Shown here one piece after another: positions 57,341 to 64,000 of a stretch of DNA of 64,000 bases. The position numbers were made by a program, and so were the translations under genes. Origin of the DNA: an uncultured Gemmatimonadales bacterium (GTDB lineage: Bacteria > Gemmatimonadota > Gemmatimonadetes > Gemmatimonadales > GWC2-71-9). The stretch is taken from assembly GCA_963817435.1 (NCBI GenBank), contig CAWFNY010000001.1, forward strand, positions 26,895-90,894, written 5' to 3'. The notes under the pieces were generated by a model that saw only the letters and a list, made by a program, of their open reading frames with translations, was not told the DNA's origin and ran no database searches. Position 1 is the first letter of the stretch. The number at the start of each line of letters is the position of its first letter.

Positions 57341-58209
57341 CCCACGATCTCGCCCGTACGGTCTTCGGCCAGCGGTTCCAGAATCCGGTGCTGCTGGCCG
57401 CGGGGACGGCCGGATTCGGGCGTGAAGTCGCCGGCGTGATCGACCTCGAGCGACTGGGCGGCGTGGTCACCAAGGCGGTGTCGACCGAGCCGCGGAAGGG
57501 CAATCGGGCACCACGGGTGGCGGAGTTCCCCGCGGGAATGCTCAACTCGATCGGGCTGGCGAACCCGGGTCTCGCGCGGGTGCGCGCGGAGCAGATGCCC
57601 TGGTTCGCGACCCATCTCCGCCGCGCCAGGGTGGTCGTGAACGTGGTCGGGTTCGTCGAGGCGGACTTCGCCGCCGTCGTCGCCGGCCTCGATGCGGAGG
57701 AGTGTATCGCCGCCTTCGAGATCAACCTCTCCTGTCCCAATACCCACGCCGGGGGCCTCGAATTCGGTTCCGATCCGGCCACCGTCGCCGCCGTCATCGG
57801 GCTGTGCCGGGCCCGGACCCGGAGGCCACTGCTGGCCAAGCTCTCCCCGGCGCTGCCCGACATCGCGGCGATGGCGCTGATCGCGCGGGACGCCGGGGCG
57901 GATGGGGTTACGGTGGTGAACACGATGCCCGGCTATCTCGCCGATTCGGCGGGAGCGCCGAGGCTTGGAAACGGCAACGGCGGGGTGAGCGGACCGGCGC
58001 TCCTGCCGATTGGCGTCCTCGCGGTGCGGAAGATCATGGATCGGAGCGGCGGGATGCCGGTGATCGGTGTCGGTGGGATCCGGTCCGGGGCCGACGCGCG
58101 GCAATACCTGCGCGCCGGCGCCGCCCTCGTCGCCATCGGTACCGCGGCGCTCGCCCATCCCCGTATTCCCGAACGCGTCGTCGCCGACCTGGAGCTGCAC
58201 GGTGTCTGA
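57337..58209 (+). CDS. pyrD: Dihydroorotate dehydrogenase (class 1-type catalytic subunit)
   Basis: NPVLLAAGTAGFG...NSIGLANPG...EINLSCPN...GGVSG...IGVGGI. Confidence 0.9.
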   Translation: MTHDLARTVFGQRFQNPVLLAAGTAGFGREVAGVIDLERLGGVVTKAVSTEPRKGNRAPRVAEFPAGMLNSIGLANPGLARVRAEQMPWFATHLRRARVVVNVVGFVEADFAAVVAGLDAEECIAAFEINLSCPNTHAGGLEFGSDPATVAAVIGLCRARTRRPLLAKLSPALPDIAAMALIARDAGADGVTVVNTMPGYLADSAGAPRLGNGNGGVSGPALLPIGVLAVRKIMDRSGGMPVIGVGGIRSGADARQYLRAGAALVAIGTAALAHPRIPERVVADLELHGV

Positions 58210-58879
58210 AGTCGTCATCGCCCTGGACCTGCCGGGGGACGAGGCCCGCCGATTCCTCGACAAGACCCCCGAGGCGCGCTGGGTCAAGGTTGGGTCGATC
58301 CTCTTCGCGCGGGAGGGGCCGGCGCTGGTTCGGGAACTGGTGGATCGCGGGCTCCGCGTCTTCCTCGACCTCAAATGGCACGACATACCCAACACCGTGG
58401 CCGGCGCGGTTGAGGCCGCCCGGGATCTTGGCGTCAGCATGGCGACGGTGCATACCCTGGGTGGAGAGGCCATGATGGCGGCGGCGGCGCGGGCGGCGGG
58501 AGACGGCCTGGGCATTGTCGGCGTGACGGTGCTGACCTCGCACAGCTCCGAGAGCTACGGGGGCGCTGTCGGCCGGGTTGGCGTGACGCTCCTGGACGAA
58601 GTGGCCCGGCTGGCCCGGATGGCCGGGGAGGCGGGCCTCCGGGGGGTGGTCTGCTCGCCACTGGAGGTCGCCACGGTCCGGGCCCAGTCCCGGCCGGGGG
58701 CCTGGATCGTGGTCCCGGGCATCCGCCGGGCCGGAGATTCCGCGGGCGATCAGGTCAGGACGGCCGCCCCCGGGGAGGCGGCGCGGGCGGGGGCGACCCA
58801 TCTCGTGGTGGGGCGGCCGATCCTGCAGGCGGCCGATCCGGGGGCGGTGTTTCGGGAGATCGCCGGTGACGCGGGCTAA
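58202..58879 (+). CDS. pyrF: Orotidine-5'-phosphate decarboxylase
   Basis: VIALDL...FLDLKWHDIPNTV...VVGRPI. The GTG start overlaps the pyrD stop. Confidence 0.9.
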   Translation: MSEVVIALDLPGDEARRFLDKTPEARWVKVGSILFAREGPALVRELVDRGLRVFLDLKWHDIPNTVAGAVEAARDLGVSMATVHTLGGEAMMAAAARAAGDGLGIVGVTVLTSHSSESYGGAVGRVGVTLLDEVARLARMAGEAGLRGVVCSPLEVATVRAQSRPGAWIVVPGIRRAGDSAGDQVRTAAPGEAARAGATHLVVGRPILQAADPGAVFREIAGDAG

Positions 58880-58893
58880 GCCGCGTGGATCCC

Positions 58894-58922
58894 TTGCATT
58901 ACCCACAACCCGCGGATATACT
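58894..58922 (+). promoter_or_regulatory. Candidate sigma70 promoter of the rpmJ-rplQ operon
   Basis: TTGCAT (58894-58899), 17-nt spacer, TATACT (58917-58922). It lies about 40 nt upstream of the rpmJ GTG. Confidence 0.5.
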
Positions 58923-58960
58923 TGCGTGCTCTACAGTAACCCGGTTCCTGGGAGTTGTCC

Positions 58961-59077
58961 GTGAAGGTTCGCTCGAGCATCAAGCCCATTTGCGAGCACT
59001 GCAAAGTGGTCCGGCGTCAGGGGACGCTCCGGATCATCTGCAAGCGCAATCCCAAGCACAAGCAGCGGCAGGGTTAA
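58961..59077 (+). CDS. rpmJ: 50S ribosomal protein L36
   Basis: Too short for the ORF track. My own translation from the GTG at 58961 is [38 protein letters not shown]. Confidence 0.92.
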   Translation: MKVRSSIKPICEHCKVVRRQGTLRIICKRNPKHKQRQG

Positions 59078-59080
59078 GCG

Positions 59081-59461
59081 ATGGCACGTATTTCAGGCGT
59101 GGACCTTCCGCGCGAGAAGCGGGTCGAAATCGGCCTCACCTACATCTACGGCATCGGCCGTCCCACCTCCAACCGGATCCTTTCAGAGACCGGTGTGAGT
59201 CCGGACACCCGGGTGCGTGACCTGTCGGACGCGGAAGTCGCGCGGCTCCGCCAGTTCATCGAGCGCGCGCTGAAGGTCGAGGGCGCCCTCCGCACCGAAG
59301 TCGCGATGAACATCAAGCGGCTCATGGACATCGGCAGCTATCGCGGCATTCGGCATCGCCGCGGTCTCCCGGTCCGTGGGCAGCGCACGCATACCAACGC
59401 CCGCACCAAGAAGGGCCCACGTCGGGCCATCGCGGGCAAGAAGAAGGTGACGAAGAAGTAA
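59081..59461 (+). CDS. rpsM: 30S ribosomal protein S13
   Basis: [26 protein letters not shown]... Confidence 0.97.
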   Translation: MARISGVDLPREKRVEIGLTYIYGIGRPTSNRILSETGVSPDTRVRDLSDAEVARLRQFIERALKVEGALRTEVAMNIKRLMDIGSYRGIRHRRGLPVRGQRTHTNARTKKGPRRAIAGKKKVTKK

Positions 59462-59462
59462 G

Positions 59463-59894
59463 ATGACGACTCCAGTGACGCCTGCAGCGCCGGCCGCTCC
59501 GGCCGCGCCCGCGCCGGTCAAGGCCGCGAAGAAGGGCAAGAAGATCGTGGAGAGCGAAGGGGTGGCGCACATTGCCGCCACCTTCAACAACCTGCTCATC
59601 ACGATCACCGACATGAAGGGGAACACCCTGGTCTGGGGTTCCGCGGGCAAGGCGGGCTTCAAGGGGTCGAAGAAGTCCACCCCCTTTGCCGCCACCGTGG
59701 CCGCCGAGAACTGCGGCCGCGAGGCGATGAACCTCGGCCTGCGCCGGGTTCACGTGCGGGTGCAGGGTCCCGGCAGCGGCCGGGAGTCCGCGATCCAGGC
59801 CCTGGCATCTGTCGGGCTCAAGGTGGCCTCCATCCGTGACGTGACGCCGATTCCGCACAACGGCTGCCGTCCCCCCAAGAAGCGGCGGGTCTGA
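59463..59894 (+). CDS. rpsK: 30S ribosomal protein S11 (with Ala/Pro-rich N-terminal extension)
   Basis: [18 protein letters not shown]...[10 protein letters not shown]...[13 protein letters not shown]. Confidence 0.97.
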   Translation: MTTPVTPAAPAAPAAPAPVKAAKKGKKIVESEGVAHIAATFNNLLITITDMKGNTLVWGSAGKAGFKGSKKSTPFAATVAAENCGREAMNLGLRRVHVRVQGPGSGRESAIQALASVGLKVASIRDVTPIPHNGCRPPKKRRV

Positions 59895-59897
59895 GCC

Positions 59898-60533
59898 ATG
59901 CGCTACACCGGTCCCAGCTGCCGTCAGTGCCGTCGCGAAGGCACCAAGCTCTTCCTGAAGGGCACGCGCTGTCTCACCGAGAAGTGCGCCGTCGAGCGCC
60001 GGGCGTACGCGCCCGGGCAGCACGGGCAGTCCGGTGGTGGCCGTCCGCGCAAGGCGTCGGAATACGCCAAGCAGTTGCGTGAGAAGCAGAAGGTGAAGCG
60101 CATTTACGGCCTCACCGAGCGCCAGTTCCGCAACACCTTCGACCGCATTTCCCGGGAGTCGGGCGTCAAGGGCACCAACCTGCTCATCGCGCTGGAATCC
60201 CGCCTCGACAATATCGTCTTCCGGATGGGCTTTGCGGCCAGCCGGAAGGCGGCGCGCCAGCTGGTGCGTCACGGCCACGTGAACGTGAACGGGCACAAGG
60301 TCGACGTCCCGTCCTTCCACGTGAAGCCGGGCCAGGAGATCCGTCTCGCCACTGCCAGCCGGGAGATCACGGCCGTCAAGGCGGCGCAGGAGTTCGCCGC
60401 CCGCGGCCAGCAGGTTTCCTGGATCCAGGTAGACGGCGAGAAAGGTTCCGGCAAGGTGACCGAGCGGCCCACGCGCGACGCGATCCCGCTCAACGCTCAG
60501 GAACAGCTCATCGTCGAGCTCTACTCGAAGTGA
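59898..60533 (+). CDS. rpsD: 30S ribosomal protein S4
   Basis: MRYTGPSCRQCRREGTKLFLKG... Confidence 0.97.
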   Translation: MRYTGPSCRQCRREGTKLFLKGTRCLTEKCAVERRAYAPGQHGQSGGGRPRKASEYAKQLREKQKVKRIYGLTERQFRNTFDRISRESGVKGTNLLIALESRLDNIVFRMGFAASRKAARQLVRHGHVNVNGHKVDVPSFHVKPGQEIRLATASREITAVKAAQEFAARGQQVSWIQVDGEKGSGKVTERPTRDAIPLNAQEQLIVELYSK

Positions 60534-61594
60534 CCATGACCATTGATCTGACTGGACTGGTCCGCCCGCACCTGGTCGAGATGACCAAGCGGGATGACAA
60601 CCCGAACATCGCTGAGTTCCGGCTGCAGCCGCTGGAGCGCGGGTTCGGCTACACGCTGGGCAACTCCCTGCGCCGCCTGCTGCTGTCCTCGCTCCGGGGC
60701 AGCGCGGTCTGGGCCTTCCGTCTCGACGGCGTGGTCCATGAGCACCAGACGATCCCCGGCGTGCACGAGGACGTGCACCAGATCATTCAGCGCCTCAAGG
60801 GGCTGACCATCGTGCTCGCCGACGAAGTCGACGAGGCGATCCTGAAGATCAAGAAGGACGGCGCCGGGCCGGTCTATGCTCGCGACATCGTCCCCAGCGG
60901 CTCGGTGCGTGTCGTGAACCCGGACCACCTGCTGTTCACCGTCCAGGACGACCGTGAAGTGAACGGCGAACTGTACGTCAACAAGGGCCGCGGCTACGTC
61001 GAGTCCGAGCTCCACGCCCGGGACCGCTCGCTGCCGGTCGACCTGATCAGCATCGACGCGATCTACAATCCGGTGCGCCGCGCCAACTTCGCCGTCGCCG
61101 AGACCCGCGTGGGCCAGCGGACCGACTACGACCGGTTGACGGTGAGCGTCGAGACCAACGGCACCATCACGCCGGAGGACGCGATCGCCTATGCGGCCGC
61201 CCTGGCGCAGGAGCACTTCCGGTACTTCGTCGAGTTCGGCAAGGTCCCGATGGGCCGTCCCGAAGCGCCGGTGGCGGGTCTGGGCAGCGGGGCCCTGCGG
61301 GACAAGCTGTCCCGGCTGATCGATGACTTCGGGCTGTCGGTCCGCTCGCTCAACTCGCTCAAGAATTCCAACATCCGCACCCTGCGCGATCTGGTCCAGT
61401 ACACCGAAGACGATCTGCTCAAGGTGAAGAACGTCGGAGAGAAGGCGCTGAAGGAAATCGCCGATCTGCTCCGGGCACAGGAACTGAACTTCGGCATGCT
61501 CTTCGAGGAGGCCGATGACGACCTCCGCGTGGCGCAGGCCGGTACCCCGCCCAGTGCCCGCATGATGCTGCTGGCCGACGGCGAGGAGGGCTGA
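60530..61594 (+). CDS. rpoA: DNA-directed RNA polymerase alpha subunit
   Basis: [20 protein letters not shown]...C-terminal domain [21 protein letters not shown]. Confidence 0.97.
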   Translation: MTMTIDLTGLVRPHLVEMTKRDDNPNIAEFRLQPLERGFGYTLGNSLRRLLLSSLRGSAVWAFRLDGVVHEHQTIPGVHEDVHQIIQRLKGLTIVLADEVDEAILKIKKDGAGPVYARDIVPSGSVRVVNPDHLLFTVQDDREVNGELYVNKGRGYVESELHARDRSLPVDLISIDAIYNPVRRANFAVAETRVGQRTDYDRLTVSVETNGTITPEDAIAYAAALAQEHFRYFVEFGKVPMGRPEAPVAGLGSGALRDKLSRLIDDFGLSVRSLNSLKNSNIRTLRDLVQYTEDDLLKVKNVGEKALKEIADLLRAQELNFGMLFEEADDDLRVAQAGTPPSARMMLLADGEEG

Positions 61595-61950
61595 TGCGGC
61601 ACCAAGCAAAGGGACGGCAGCTTTCGCGCACCTCCGAACACCGGAGCGCGCTGCTGCGGAACCTCGCCACGAGCCTGATGCTGCATGGCGGCATCGAGAC
61701 CACGGTGGCGAAGGCCAAGGAACTCCGGCCGTACGCCGAGAAGCTCATCACGCTCGCGCGTCGCGGTGATCTGCACGCCCGCCGGCTCGCCGCTCAGAAG
61801 ATCCGGGAGCGCGAGGCGCTGGCCCGCCTCTTCGCCGAGATCGGTCCGCGGTTCGCGGCTCGTCCGGGTGGCTATACCCGGATCCTCAAGCTGGGCCACC
61901 GGCCTGGCGACGGCGCCGAGATGGCGCGGATCGAGTTGCTCGCCGAGTGA
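61594..61950 (+). CDS. rplQ: 50S ribosomal protein L17
   Basis: [24 protein letters not shown]... Confidence 0.97.
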   Translation: MRHQAKGRQLSRTSEHRSALLRNLATSLMLHGGIETTVAKAKELRPYAEKLITLARRGDLHARRLAAQKIREREALARLFAEIGPRFAARPGGYTRILKLGHRPGDGAEMARIELLAE

Positions 61951-61984
61951 CGGTGGCGACGATCGGCAGCGATGGAAACGATGA

Positions 61985-62010
61985 AAGGGGACCGGTTGGT
62001 CCCCTTTTTT
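61985..62010 (+). terminator. Canonical intrinsic terminator after rplQ
   Basis: AAGGGGACC-GGTT-GGTCCCCTT followed by a T-run (TTTTTT). Confidence 0.75.
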
Positions 62011-62078
62011 CTAGTCCTGAGCTGACAGGAGCGGCCAAGGCATGCAGGGCCGCCGAGGCGTGCCTCGGCGGAACAGGA

Positions 62079-62270
62079 TCAGGTCGCCTTCTTGACCCGG
62101 TTAGACTTGATGCACTGAGTGCAGACAGCCTGCCGACGGGGGGCGCCATCCACCAGCACGCGCACGGTCTGGAGGTTGGGATACCAGCGGCGCTTCTTGC
62201 GATTGTTGGCGTGGCTGACGTTGTTGCCAGTCATCGGCCCCTTCTTGCACACGGTACATACCCGGGCCAT
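62079..62270 (-). CDS. rpmB: 50S ribosomal protein L28
   Basis: Internal ATG at 62270 of track ORF 62079..62351(-): [34 protein letters not shown]... Confidence 0.9.
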   Translation of the reverse strand: MARVCTVCKKGPMTGNNVSHANNRKKRRWYPNLQTVRVLVDGAPRRQAVCTQCIKSNRVKKAT

Positions 62271-62329
62271 ACGGGTCTTCCTTCCAGAGATCGGTCGATG
62301 AAGACTGCCAAAAGAGCCCAAAATTATAA

Positions 62330-64000
<1,671 letters not shown>

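Overview
This is a GC-rich bacterial chromosomal window. Third codon positions are mostly G/C, which produces many long antisense shadow ORFs. I can support about 60 protein genes, one tRNA, one probable riboswitch, a family of composite hairpin repeats, and several hairpin terminators.

Gene content from left to right:
- A probable M-box leader, then a UPF0104 membrane protein and an MgtA-like P-type ATPase (minus strand).
- An EEP-family lipoprotein, then sodA and a peroxiredoxin.
- An aldehyde dehydrogenase.
- A sensor kinase, response regulator and second sensor kinase module.
- tonB-exbB-exbD-exbD, followed by a second, frameshifted tonB-like gene.
- An amino-acid permease.
- A probable amino-sugar/muropeptide salvage locus: solute symporter, BadF-type sugar kinase, AmiE-like serine hydrolase, GH3 NagZ-like enzyme and DUF1343/NamZ-like protein.
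- A CDP-alcohol phosphatidyltransferase with myo-inositol-1-phosphate synthase.
- An H+-pyrophosphatase and a GH3 beta-glucosidase, both frameshifted.
- 2-oxoacid dehydrogenase E1alpha, E1beta and E2.
- A PHP/SDR/SDR/unknown operon, then trxB, an MBL hydrolase, GT4, aspA, an Rrf2 regulator and moeB.
- tRNA-Leu(CAG), smpB, an amidase, pyrD and pyrF.
- The rpmJ-rpsM-rpsK-rpsD-rpoA-rplQ operon, rpmB, and gmd with a reductase gene.

I see no integrase, transposase, CRISPR array, reverse transcriptase or recognisable defence genes, so the window looks like core genome.

The points most worth a second look are:
1. A composite repeat family with an 86-bp GTCATCCCGAG palindromic core and homopurine/homopyrimidine arms. 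One copy has a 187-nt pure G/A tract.
2. Five apparent single-base (+1) frameshifts in conserved genes, all between 19.4 and 35.7 kb.
3. The probable Mg2+ riboswitch.
4. A few uncharacterised operons.

All family assignments come from motif recognition by eye. No database search was run. The taxonomic guess (Gemmatimonadota/Acidobacteriota-like soil bacterium) is inference only.
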